The translations under genes and the position numbers were made by a program. Below the pieces are notes generated by a model, which saw only the letters and a program-made list of their open reading frames with translations, did not search any database and was not told the origin of the DNA. Below are positions 30,101 through 39,408 of a DNA stretch of 64,000 nucleotides, piece after piece. How positions within the stretch are numbered: the first letter of the stretch is position 1; every line of letters begins with the position of its first letter. Source of the stretch: Caldisericia bacterium (lineage in GTDB: Bacteria > Caldisericota > Caldisericia > JAAYUI01); the NCBI GenBank assembly GCA_040768585.1, contig JAXGMQ010000001.1, positions 1,159,299-1,223,298 on the forward strand. Direction: 5' to 3'.

Positions 30101-33100
30101 AGCGGTCTTCTTCAGGTTCCAAGAGATGGCTCATACTACGATCCTTACTGGGAAACAGTCTACAGAGACCCAGAGAAACGTGCCTACGCCAACTATGCAA
30201 GGTATGTCTTCGATCCAGTCAATGATCCAAGGTATGATCTGTATGCAACACATTTCTCACACCTCGCCAACTCGTATGACTGCTACGGCAGATGGGAAAG
30301 AACGGTTCAGCCAGAGGATCTTGATATTCAGGCAAACAGAAAATGTCTCACCATCCTAGAGCAGAGATTCCCGAACCTCGTCCTTACGCTTACAAACTGG
30401 GACAACCCGAACGATATTAATGACCCGGCGGACATCAGATTCGCAACAGAGTCGATTCCAGATAGACCACACCGTGTGAACTACAACTGTCGTGGCGCTG
30501 GCGTTAAGTTCCTTTTCACTGCAAACAATACTGATTTCACCGAGAAGTACATTGTTCAGGTCAATGACGACGATACGTTCATCTGCTGGCAGTGGTTTGA
30601 TTATGAGCCACTCAACATGCTTTCACCACTCGACTACCTTATCTACAGAGACCTTGGTAACCCAGGTTGGCCGAGTTCACCGCAGCAGCCAGACCCAAGA
30701 AATTCCAGAGGTCCAGTCAATGACCCACCGCGTCTCCCAACAGATGCTGAGCCAGAATCAGAACTTGAGAGATGCTTTGTTGACGATGTGGACTGCTCTG
30801 GTAAGCAGGCAACCTGTGACATCTGTGGTATAGGTGGCGGCTCGATTGAGGACTTCGTACCGATCGGTTCAGTCACACTCAATGACACATATGGCAATAG
30901 CTACGTTGAATTCATCATCCAGACCTTCGGTGTTCCGACCATGGTCACCGACTACGGATACCTTTCAACAACAGATCCGGGCGGTCAGATGCTTGTTGCC
31001 GTCCTCCCAAGAGAAGCGGATACACCACTCTGGGTGCGTGTAACAGCTGAGCAGACGATATTCAACTTTAACAGTGTCGATGGGCAGCTTTGGCCACCAA
31101 ATGGCCCTGGATTCCTCAACGACTACACGGGTGGTGTGGATTATTGCGGACTTATCAGCTTTGATATTACCCCGCCGGACCCAGACGTGAACTTCACAGA
31201 AGTCACGATGGTCGACCACGCTCTCCAGTATTCGCAGGCCAACTACACTGTCGGTTCAGATTCAGATGGATATCACACCAACCCAGTCTCGCCGCTTGGT
31301 ATGCCGGCACCACAGATCCAGACACCGTACAATCCAATACTTAAAGACCTCACCGAAGAGGTAACCTGTTATCCAGGTGGACAGACTCATCCATTCAGAC
31401 TTGATGGTCCGAACTCCAAGAGGCGCTCAGGCTGGAATGCATATCCCGCAATCCACAGCGAGTGGTACAACGGAACAGATCACTCACAGTTTGTGAAGCT
31501 TGGAACAGAGTTCTTCCCACTTACCGACTATGGTCTGTACTTCATCTTGAAGAACCAGCGTGGTGAACACCTGTCCTTCTCTCCAATCCAGCACTGGGTC
31601 TCACCATATCCAATTAGGTACGATCTCATGATCAAGAGAGTCATTATCGAAGGACCGTTCATGAGACCGAAGTTTATGGATGCAGACAACTCGAACTATC
31701 TCTCCAACAACTACTACAATGGAACTGAGTATCCACCGATCGCTTATGACACGAGTGGTAGACTTGAGATCACAGACCTCAACGTCAACGCATTTGTGCA
31801 GAACTCGCTTTCCTACAGAGGTGGTGACTTCGCCAATGTCACAAGCCCATACATGACGGGTTCAGACCCAGTCAGAAACCAGCTTGTGTATCCAGATGAC
31901 ACCAACATCCCAGAGAATGACTATCTTAGACTACTTGACAGGTCACTTGACTTCACATCGCTTCACTTTGCCAACATTGGTAATAGACCATCTGGTGCCA
32001 ACGATGTCTTCTGTATCGACGAAATTATCCCAGTTAACTACGGAAACATCAGCATTACAGTCGAACTCCAGAATGGTAAGCGTAAGATTTACCAGGATTG
32101 CTGCGAGACAACACCAGTTGACGGCATCAATGTTTGGGGTCTTGATATCCAGGATGCTCCAGATGAAATCGTCGTTGACACAGAGAATGTCATTGAGATA
32201 GGACTTAGAGAATACAACGACATTCAGGTCGTCCAAGAGTGCAACGATGCCCTCGTGTTCTGCTGGCAGGATCGTGGCGTCAAGCAGATTGGATCAGACA
32301 TGAGAGTCGGTGCTGGTGATGGTTGGATTACAAACCCACCACGCAACAGCAACCTTCGAGATAAGGTTTGGCAGTATCTCACCGGCGATGATATCAATGG
32401 TGATGGCAAGATAACATTCAAGGACTTCGAGACTGAGATTCTTGGTACCTATGATATGACAACCAACACATGGCTTGCTGGTATCATTGACGCAAGAACG
32501 TATCAGAGGCAGGATGGAATCTACAGATTCGAGCTTAACGAAACAAATAATTGTATTGTTGACGAGATTGGATTTGACTTCGGTGGTGGTGAGCAGATAG
32601 GCGGAAGGTTCTCTTCAGCAGATCACATCATCAGCATCAACGAAGAACTTCCGATTTGGATTACAGCATACAAGTATGGTGATGACAATAACGACAGAAG
32701 CTTCCAGCCATACTATGAGATCCCACCACAGTCAGAGTTTGGTAAGCCAGGATTCTCACACGAAGTTTATATGGCTGCGCAGAAGTCCGTCAGGGTTGTT
32801 GGTTCGGAGGATCTTGTTGTAGAGATAACACCTGCTGTCCTCACAGCTGGTGTAACTCCTGAGTATGTCGATCCAGATGAGCCATTGACATTTACAGTGT
32901 ACCATCCAGATGGTGATACGAGATTCAACTTCTTTGAAGAAGGAGTACCGGACTACACTGGTGCTTACAAAATCAGAGAATGGGAACAGGTCGCAAACAA
33001 CCTGTTCGAGGATCCACATCCAGACAACAAGTATCACTATGGATATGATTCCGAGCTTCCGCAGTACTACTGGTTGAGAACAGACCTTCACAACAACGAT

Positions 33101-35971
33101 CCGACATCCAATGCAGAGGGAGTTGACAACCACAGACTATTCGCTTCAAGGATTACTGCGATTGACTTCATCGAGTACGACTTCAGCGGTGGTGAAGATG
33201 GTGTATACATCTTCAAGGGATTCTGTGCGAACGATGAGGGTAGTTTCCCGGTTATTATCTACTCACCAGACAGAAAGCATTACGCCAGAGAGACAGTCAA
33301 GATCAAACCACCAAAGGTGGAGTACAAGATCACAAACATCGACGATCCAGATCAGAGAGTGTTTGATCTACCAGGAACACCAGGCGATCCTGAGTTCCTC
33401 ATGACCGCTGCTGATAACAGAGTCTACAAAGTTGATATTACCTGCTACACGCATGACGGCGAGAAGCCACTTATCGGCGCTGCCAAGGGTGTATCAGTCT
33501 GCACAGGCTCAGACAGAGACAACGCAAGATTCACACCAGTCTACACAGCACCATCCTCGTTCCTTACTGGTGAGCCAAGATACGCCATTGGTACCAGAGG
33601 TGATTGGATGCCAGTTGATGGTCAGCCTCTTGGTCAGGATCAGATTTACACCCCACGTATCAGACCACGCCTTGGAATAGACTTTGATGCCGACGGTGTC
33701 GTTGAGGAGTCCAACAGAGAGGTTATCAGACCAACAGCATACACTCACAAAATAGCTCGCATATACATGACCTCATACTACTTCTACTACTTCCCAGGCG
33801 TACGATACCAAGCCACAGGTGGACTTGTTCCAAGCGTTTACTACAACACAAACAACTACGCCTACCCGGACAGATATGACGAAAAGAACTACTACAACCT
33901 GTTCATCTATGGTGATATCTACCCAGACCCAGATTCCACATTTGCTTGGGGACTTGGTGCCATCTATAACTCGTCCCATTACGGCGGATACCTCACAATT
34001 GACGTGAATGATGACGACTTCCTTACCTATGCAGACTCATTGTCACTCGATGAGAGAGGCTCGACCCAGGTCTACGTCTATGCTGAAGATCTTTGCTACT
34101 TCGCTGGCTTCATCGGCGACAACCCATGGACTAACACGAAGTGGGGAGATGTATACGGTGGAATTGACTCCTACCTGTCGAATGTTACAAGTGGATACAG
34201 TGATAGCTTCTATGGAGACCCACATGCTCCGAGAACGATGCAGAGAAGATATGGTTACAGACCACAGGGAGTGAATGTACCGACAGCTTATATTCCTGCT
34301 GCTGATGGCACGTTCAAACTTGACTGGGAGGCATTCCCAAGCAAGGATAACTACGCCAAGATTGAAGCTCCATTTGCGATCGCAAGATCTGCGGAGACAA
34401 GAGAACCATTTGGTCTTATGCTTATGAATCAGAACTGTTATGATCTGATCTATGCGAAAGAAAACCACATACTGTTCAACTTCTACCCAGCATTCTCGAG
34501 CGATCTGCCATTGGGTGAGGGTGCGAGAGTCGACCTTTTGATCTACACATGGGGTGGAACGGATCCAACAAGATCTTATGCGAGAACATACAAATCCGCA
34601 GAAGACCCAGCCGCGACGGAGTGCATGGCGCTTGTAAGGCCGACGGGTGTGGCGACGCGAATGCTCTCAATCGCTTACTACCAGGAGAACACAAGATTTA
34701 GGTTCCCATACGAGTACAGGATTGAAAGAGACCTCGAGAAGAGAAATATCCTTCCATCGTTCGACTCAGTCAGGGGGCTTGAGGTACTTGTTGACTCGGA
34801 AGATGTTCTTAGATCGCAGATCACAGGTACACTCAACATTACAGTCAGAGAGTATGGTTCCAACGCTCCGGCAGGTAACGCTGAGCTCAAGATTGAGGGC
34901 GCTGGTGTATCGCTTCCATCCAAGCGCTGCAACGACAAGGGTCAGGCATCGGTTGTTGTAACACCAACAGAGACTGGAATCATCAAGGTAACAGCAAGTC
35001 TCGAAGGATACGCTGATGGATTCGGTACCATAACGGTCGGCGTTGATACTCAACCGCCAACGGTAACAATTGAAGAACCAACCAACTACGCAGTTGTTGC
35101 TGGCAATTCGGTTGCGCTCAAGGGTGTAACAAAACCAGGTTCGAAGCTCACAGTCAATGGACAGCAGGTTGCAGTCAATCTTAAGGGTGAGTTTGAGTTC
35201 AACGTGAACCTTCAGAACGAGGGCGCTAACACAATCGTTGTCAAGGCAACGTCACCAACAGGCGCGACAACCGTCAGATACGTCACAGTCATCAGAGACA
35301 CTCAGGCTCCAAGCCTTATCATCAATGAGCCAACTGAGATTATTGCAAACGCAACATACTACGACGTCACAGGCAGAGTTGAGCCAGGCTCTAAGGTTAC
35401 AGTTAACGGTGTGGACGCGAAGGTCGTCTTCGATGTTTGGACTCACAGAGTTAACCTCGTCCCAGGCAAGAATGAAGTTGAAGTGACGGCAATCGATGCG
35501 GCAGGTAACACTGTCACCTCCAAGATTGTTCTTGTTAACTACAAGCTTGTGACAATCGAGCTTACCAAGGAAGTCACGACAGCCTACGTAAATGGTGAGA
35601 TGGTACAGCTGACAGCAGCTCCAAGACTCTCGATGGCATCAGGCACATTCATGGTGCCAGCGGGTGACCTCTTCGGTAGCCTCGAGGGCAATGTGGTTAA
35701 TGCCGGTGGCAACCTGTTCAACATTACGCTTGGTGCGAGCACCGCTTCGATTACGCAAGATGGAAAGACTGCCCAGGTCAATGGTGTGGCCAAAGCGCTT
35801 CCAGAAGCTCCGGCAAGAGACGTTGCAACCGGCCAGCTCATGGTGCCCGCAGCTGTCCTCCTTCAGTACATGAATGAGGGTTCAGCTGATGGTGACATTG
35901 AGCCAATACTTGACATCGAGTGGAACCCATCCGCTGGTAGAATGACAATCAGCAGATACTGGATACCATGA
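27149..35971 (+). CDS. Giant secreted protein (2940 aa), paralog 4 of the tandem family.
   Basis: RBS GAAGGAGAG. Signal peptide MRKILTTLLSVALVLGMISTFMPMLSLDNAEAQG. Shared motifs HRIGYDRYGREL, GQLWFDPDGRFNDCRY, NNTQGPY, YPGGQTH, IYQDCC, ECNDALVFCWQDRG, AYKYGDDNNDR and LPQYYWLRTDLHN. C-terminal Ig-like repeats and a CuAO-N1-like module (MVPAGDLFGSLEG...GQLMVPAAVLLQYM). Confidence 0.88.
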   Translation: MRKILTTLLSVALVLGMISTFMPMLSLDNAEAQGSGNTPATMVGNRFHRIGYDRYGRELPDGKMVPWQKVGEVWWGREGFYMPYAVRAVDDPPYSITVPPATAFYSTVVSNETSSHVATLGFGLWTEVWLTVDVDPGDGQTTYKHHWYVILDDYGQLWFDPDGRFNDCRYYGYADPYDVNYMEDDDYTHDNCTDNPRALVDPIVSNNTQGPYILDPDYNPFVNENASMWQFYSPSYALNNVAAPVYNPRIYFWDAEKTGYNTKRLWKLGFADMNDYLAENAVGPAGALCSGVVYEEAANPSNPLYKEYQDWDIDLSLRAFQLNYNPAQFAEAGSEVHAENITLGGNYPDSQVSWAAQAPVAYNFGEFAYRKAGADVMYPTLTGPGTYDTKPVSFVDEADIRLSDIVVTRNGDIRTYPPFTSVIDTGAIGVWEPGDDYDVGTSQWAFSDGVTGTFGRPEYYHDQAIGTNNGGNGGGDGVYSPGEFIYRKALANSGMTVQADDIRLTNVNGYQTNTNRHLPNNPDLLFDTDGMVRAGIMDGDLLIMAEVLNGGCQSPNYDIAVQTDAWIGWRDNGRWMPVEIGYTAAGIRSHFDTTINHFNRVQKNAMLSQNSDGFFVPSTVFHDVQFEERQFGGWSIWLDDGIDNNAAVNQMYACTALDLSDNLEGKETIEQIVGGESLEAWDFDYGRGGVRDDFGELVSFTDTAKVIGPPYGFYDTEGNGFGCHEHLYRDMDSSGAISKGDLRLTDVITYREVGPVSGSMIQYYAGTTVAAGDLDVGEPITYFNQPPQAGNIEFMFYDISHPADGVPRNYEYDPGEDIYLQPIGLTEVDYRSVRATDVEIQGKKYICGTAVSLSQALFVENPVSMISMGNNGLASFMDFEVIPGSIQVEVKVDQEFMVEQTSHVEVRVVPEPTDPDDKYYILIENLPRSSYNNIAETVRTIDRDHLVANFEITPYRGSCDLTGFVQDRKVYVHAIKEETDVSAYSGLLQVPRDGSYYDPYWETVYRDPEKRAYANYARYVFDPVNDPRYDLYATHFSHLANSYDCYGRWERTVQPEDLDIQANRKCLTILEQRFPNLVLTLTNWDNPNDINDPADIRFATESIPDRPHRVNYNCRGAGVKFLFTANNTDFTEKYIVQVNDDDTFICWQWFDYEPLNMLSPLDYLIYRDLGNPGWPSSPQQPDPRNSRGPVNDPPRLPTDAEPESELERCFVDDVDCSGKQATCDICGIGGGSIEDFVPIGSVTLNDTYGNSYVEFIIQTFGVPTMVTDYGYLSTTDPGGQMLVAVLPREADTPLWVRVTAEQTIFNFNSVDGQLWPPNGPGFLNDYTGGVDYCGLISFDITPPDPDVNFTEVTMVDHALQYSQANYTVGSDSDGYHTNPVSPLGMPAPQIQTPYNPILKDLTEEVTCYPGGQTHPFRLDGPNSKRRSGWNAYPAIHSEWYNGTDHSQFVKLGTEFFPLTDYGLYFILKNQRGEHLSFSPIQHWVSPYPIRYDLMIKRVIIEGPFMRPKFMDADNSNYLSNNYYNGTEYPPIAYDTSGRLEITDLNVNAFVQNSLSYRGGDFANVTSPYMTGSDPVRNQLVYPDDTNIPENDYLRLLDRSLDFTSLHFANIGNRPSGANDVFCIDEIIPVNYGNISITVELQNGKRKIYQDCCETTPVDGINVWGLDIQDAPDEIVVDTENVIEIGLREYNDIQVVQECNDALVFCWQDRGVKQIGSDMRVGAGDGWITNPPRNSNLRDKVWQYLTGDDINGDGKITFKDFETEILGTYDMTTNTWLAGIIDARTYQRQDGIYRFELNETNNCIVDEIGFDFGGGEQIGGRFSSADHIISINEELPIWITAYKYGDDNNDRSFQPYYEIPPQSEFGKPGFSHEVYMAAQKSVRVVGSEDLVVEITPAVLTAGVTPEYVDPDEPLTFTVYHPDGDTRFNFFEEGVPDYTGAYKIREWEQVANNLFEDPHPDNKYHYGYDSELPQYYWLRTDLHNNDPTSNAEGVDNHRLFASRITAIDFIEYDFSGGEDGVYIFKGFCANDEGSFPVIIYSPDRKHYARETVKIKPPKVEYKITNIDDPDQRVFDLPGTPGDPEFLMTAADNRVYKVDITCYTHDGEKPLIGAAKGVSVCTGSDRDNARFTPVYTAPSSFLTGEPRYAIGTRGDWMPVDGQPLGQDQIYTPRIRPRLGIDFDADGVVEESNREVIRPTAYTHKIARIYMTSYYFYYFPGVRYQATGGLVPSVYYNTNNYAYPDRYDEKNYYNLFIYGDIYPDPDSTFAWGLGAIYNSSHYGGYLTIDVNDDDFLTYADSLSLDERGSTQVYVYAEDLCYFAGFIGDNPWTNTKWGDVYGGIDSYLSNVTSGYSDSFYGDPHAPRTMQRRYGYRPQGVNVPTAYIPAADGTFKLDWEAFPSKDNYAKIEAPFAIARSAETREPFGLMLMNQNCYDLIYAKENHILFNFYPAFSSDLPLGEGARVDLLIYTWGGTDPTRSYARTYKSAEDPAATECMALVRPTGVATRMLSIAYYQENTRFRFPYEYRIERDLEKRNILPSFDSVRGLEVLVDSEDVLRSQITGTLNITVREYGSNAPAGNAELKIEGAGVSLPSKRCNDKGQASVVVTPTETGIIKVTASLEGYADGFGTITVGVDTQPPTVTIEEPTNYAVVAGNSVALKGVTKPGSKLTVNGQQVAVNLKGEFEFNVNLQNEGANTIVVKATSPTGATTVRYVTVIRDTQAPSLIINEPTEIIANATYYDVTGRVEPGSKVTVNGVDAKVVFDVWTHRVNLVPGKNEVEVTAIDAAGNTVTSKIVLVNYKLVTIELTKEVTTAYVNGEMVQLTAAPRLSMASGTFMVPAGDLFGSLEGNVVNAGGNLFNITLGASTASITQDGKTAQVNGVAKALPEAPARDVATGQLMVPAAVLLQYMNEGSADGDIEPILDIEWNPSAGRMTISRYWIP

Positions 35972-36037
35972 GGTAACTAGCAAGATTGAGGTGGAGCGAG
36001 TTTCTCTACCTTGAGCTTGGAAAGAAGAAATGACAAT

Positions 36038-36072
36038 CCCCCGAGTGAACTTATCGCTCGGGGGATTTTTTT
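36038..36072 (+). terminator. Canonical rho-independent terminator at the end of the giant-gene array.
   Basis: The 8-bp GC-rich stem CCCCCGAG (36038-36045) pairs with CTCGGGGG (36057-36064), separated by an 11-nt loop. A T7 run follows at 36066-36072, about 65 nt after the paralog 4 stop. Confidence 0.75.
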
Positions 36073-36987
36073 ATGTGAGAATGATTGTTGATTTTTACTA
36101 GATGAGCTTGAAGTGAATCCTTTTTTTACTTTCCAGTGTTGTGAGTTACTCAAGATGAGATATGATCCGTTCCCACAAATAACCACCGGGTCTAGAGAAT
36201 ATCGCTGTGAAGTAAGATATTGAAGTGGGAGGGTTGTAAATTCCTGTGTTTCCTCATCCCAGCAAGGCGGTGGGCACCAAAAGCGTTGTATCCAAGAGGA
36301 CAAAATTTTTGTGTTTGCCTTTGACTGATGTTTATTAAGTGAATAATCTCAAAACATTTTAGTACCGCCAAGCATAACTTCTATTGTTACCAAAGATTTG
36401 ATGATTCCGGTTCTACCAGGATAAGTAACCACAGAAGACACTTGTTGTAAACACAATTGGCTTTGATGGGTCTAGAGGTTTGAATGTTGTGTGAGGGGAT
36501 AGTTCGTGAACCAATGGGAGATTACTCATGATTGGAGTAGAATCTGGTGTGAGGAGTTCCGCAAGTTTTGTGAAAGCAGCATCTCTTCTTAAAATCCCAA
36601 GCAAAGCATGGTAGATACTTTTGCCTCCCACTCTCACATACCTATCTCAACTGGGACTAATTCAAGGTTGCTGGAAATGATGATGAGTTCACGAAGTTTT
36701 TTAAAAACTGCCCACCATGAAATAAACCACAAATTGCTCCAAATCACCTCCATTTTGTAAGCTTTCTCCAGAAAGATTCAATGCCACTCACACATTTTCT
36801 CCTTACGGACTTCCTTCGCCCTGAAGCAATCTTCATCCAATTCTACTTCATCCTTTAGTGGGCGATTTGCCCTCAAGTGGTTACAAAATCCTCTACTTCT
36901 GATTCCCCCTTAGGCATGTGGGGGCGATATACATATTTGTTTCCCTTTCCATTACTGACTATTTCAGATTGAGGAGATTAGGATAAC

Positions 36988-37022
36988 CAAAGCGCTTCAG
37001 TTGGTTACTGAAGTGCTTTGGG
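36988..37022. other. Strong 15-bp inverted repeat/hairpin (one G·U position, 5-nt loop) inside the non-coding stretch.
   Basis: CCAAAGCGCTTCAGT tggtt ACTGAAGTGCTTTGG, read directly from the sequence. No U-tract follows it. Confidence 0.4.
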
Positions 37023-37300
37023 TAGTGGGTATATAGTCTATCGAGAACCCCGCAAATTTATGAAGGGATTAGTCAACCTACAAACGGGAGACCACTCAAA
37101 CGACCAAACAGATGTCTTGCGGTGCTTTGATAATTGAGAACAATATAGAGCGAGGAGGGGGCATAAAAGTACTTTCCCGGATCCCAAAATTTGTAAGGGT
37201 CTAGATAGTTCACATTTTTGTTGAGTCTGAATGACGCTTCTTTAATTAACATTTTGTGCAGAATGAAAACTATAAACCAAAACAGCTTCAGATTGCGCAC

Positions 37301-37370
37301 GACCTCCTCACCCTTTCCCTCCCTCTCCCCCAAAGGGGGAGAGGAATTAGAGGGAGCTTCCTTTTTTCTA
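37301..37370. repeat. Polypyrimidine tract containing a perfect 10-bp hairpin (CCTCTCCCCC aaa GGGGGAGAGG), followed by a T6 run.
   Basis: CCTCCTCACCCTTTCCCTCCCTCTCCCCCAAAGGGGGAGAGGAATTAGAGGGAGCTTCCTTTTTTCT. A second similar tract, CACTCCCCTCTCCC...GGGGCAGGGGCG, lies at about 37455-37500. Confidence 0.4.
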
Positions 37371-37723
37371 AGGAATAGTTAGCAGACAAAAGAGGATTTT
37401 CTTACCTCTGTTAATATTACGCTCCCCTTTCTGAAAGTTGATATTTGGCACACGCACTCCCCTCTCCCTTATAATTGTAAGTGAAAGGGGCAGGGGCGAA
37501 GGTGATTGTTGATAATCATTTCTGAAACAAAAGCCTAAAAATTGGTCAATGAAAAGAAAACAACTCAAACTCAGAAATACACAACAGACTTTAGGTCTAA
37601 TAGTTTACTGTCTCTAACATCGAGCAATCTCTGTTAAAAAAGTTGAACTTGTAGGGAATGGGGACTAGGAAAAGTTATTGATTGGTAAGGTCTGAGTTGG
37701 TAAGAGCCTTCATAAATTGTTTG

Positions 37724-39283
37724 CTATTCTCTTGATTCGCCAAAATTATTACGTACGACAAAAACATCGTTCAGGTCGATGATACCGTTGTTATCGAAGT
37801 CGCACTCAAGTTTGAATCCTGGGTTGAAAGAACGCTTCCCGAGGTGTGTGGCAATAATGATGAGATCTGTCCCATCAACCCTACAGTCGAGGTTGCAGTC
37901 ACCCATAATCTGTTTGATAAAAAAGTTGATCCCAAGTTTGTACCTGTAGTTAGGAGTGTCGACGACTATTTCACCAAAGTCCTGGAGTGACAATACGCCC
38001 TTTGAATTGACACTAACGGCGACCGTCTCGGTGTACCCTGGATAGACGACAATCTCTCTTTTGTCGGTTGAGGTGTTTCTGGCGTAGGTGTGCACTCTGG
38101 CAGATATGGGAGAGCTTCCGAGATTGACTAGTCTAATCTCCCGAGTGTAAATCTTCTCAGGGCAGATGATTCCGAAATTCAAATCGCAGGATATTCCGAG
38201 GTAAAGTCCAAAAGGTGATGTTGAATATCTGATGAGTTTGGGGCCGCATGTCACATAGAAATCTGCTTTGTGAGGAACAGCCTGTGAAGTAATATCGCCT
38301 GGTGTGTTTATGGCGTTGTATGCGGAACCAGTGGATTTCTGGACCGGGATTATCTGGCTATTTCTGGTGCAACAGAGGATGATTCTTCCGCACACAGAAA
38401 TATTTGTTGGAGAGAGAGTTTTATTCATCCACGATGTGTCACCTTCGATGCTTTTGCAGAGAATCCCGCTATCGCTCCCAAAGAGGTAGACCCACTTGCA
38501 GTCAGTCACTGCCCCTTTGTTCTTTCCCGTCGGGGTTTTATCACTCCAGAGTTGTCTACAGTCCTCCACCGCAAGCGCAATGCATCCGCCCCTTTCAAGA
38601 ACAGCCACAAACGAGTTGTCGCTTATGGATGTAACACTCTCCACAAAACCAACCGTGGCGCTAGAGCATACAAGCTCCAGAGATTCTGCATCAAAGACGT
38701 GTACTCGCATGTCTCTGCAAGCGATGACCACCCGATTTCCGACAACCGTTGGGGCAGAAACTGGCTCATCAGGGAGTTCCCCGCTCGATTGTATGATGCC
38801 ATTTGTGTCTGCCCTGTAGATATGTGATTTGCTGTTGATGAATAGAGACCTGTCGGATGCCAAGAGACTCTGTGGGTCATCAACCTCGACATTCCACACG
38901 ACTGAATCGCTCGAGATTCTTCTTGCTGTTATTTCCTTGCCATCGAAGGAGATGAAAAGATCATTGAATATGACAGGCACACATGGGCCAGTTATCTTGA
39001 ATGTTCCCAGCTCCTCTTTGGAGTTGGTATGGAACACAACCGCCTCGTTGGCGCATATCGTAAAAATATAATCATTTGATGTCAGAATGTGGTGCCCCTG
39101 AGAGATAGTAACCTCCCAATTGGACAGATAGGGAGGGTGGACAGTCTGGGCACAATATGCCTGTCTACCACTGTTGCCGCCCACATTTGGCCAGAGGCAT
39201 ACGGCCTCCGAGCCACCTAAAACGGCGACACCGAGTGACACAATCAACAGTGCTAGAAGATAAGCTGTAAGTGCCTTCTTCAT
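37724..39283 (-). CDS. Secreted beta-propeller (PQQ-like repeat) protein with a C-terminal type-I dockerin domain.
   Basis: Signal peptide MKKALTAYLLALLIVSLGVAVLGG. The C-terminus has two EF-hand-like dockerin repeats about 33 aa apart: DCNLDCRVDGTDLIIIATHL and DFDNNGIIDLNDVFVVRNNF. The central region has a repeated beta-strand pattern. It is transcribed divergently from the ECF sigma gene. Confidence 0.7.
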   Translation of the reverse strand: MKKALTAYLLALLIVSLGVAVLGGSEAVCLWPNVGGNSGRQAYCAQTVHPPYLSNWEVTISQGHHILTSNDYIFTICANEAVVFHTNSKEELGTFKITGPCVPVIFNDLFISFDGKEITARRISSDSVVWNVEVDDPQSLLASDRSLFINSKSHIYRADTNGIIQSSGELPDEPVSAPTVVGNRVVIACRDMRVHVFDAESLELVCSSATVGFVESVTSISDNSFVAVLERGGCIALAVEDCRQLWSDKTPTGKNKGAVTDCKWVYLFGSDSGILCKSIEGDTSWMNKTLSPTNISVCGRIILCCTRNSQIIPVQKSTGSAYNAINTPGDITSQAVPHKADFYVTCGPKLIRYSTSPFGLYLGISCDLNFGIICPEKIYTREIRLVNLGSSPISARVHTYARNTSTDKREIVVYPGYTETVAVSVNSKGVLSLQDFGEIVVDTPNYRYKLGINFFIKQIMGDCNLDCRVDGTDLIIIATHLGKRSFNPGFKLECDFDNNGIIDLNDVFVVRNNFGESRE

Positions 39284-39408
39284 TTATCCACATTATTTAT
39301 CCTATTTATTGTATTGTCAATCCTCTATTTCTCAGCCTTTTTTGCAATTCTCTAATAATTTCATTAAAATGGTCTGATACTACTTGGTGAACCAGGGGTG
39401 GTGGTTGG

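Noticed and set aside
36073-37723. Possible tRNA, ncRNA or IS element in the long non-coding stretch
   Set aside because: I could not recognise a tRNA cloverleaf (no conserved GTTC/TΨC-arm context with an acceptor stem). I also could not recognise IS terminal inverted repeats with target duplications, or a transposase reading frame. I kept it as a finding rather than calling a specific feature.
39284-39408. Canonical sigma-70 or ECF promoter between the divergent dockerin and sigma genes
   Set aside because: Several TTGTCA/TTGCAA and TAATAAT hexamers are present in this AT-rich spacer. None has convincing 16-18-nt spacing, so I could not call a promoter from sequence alone.
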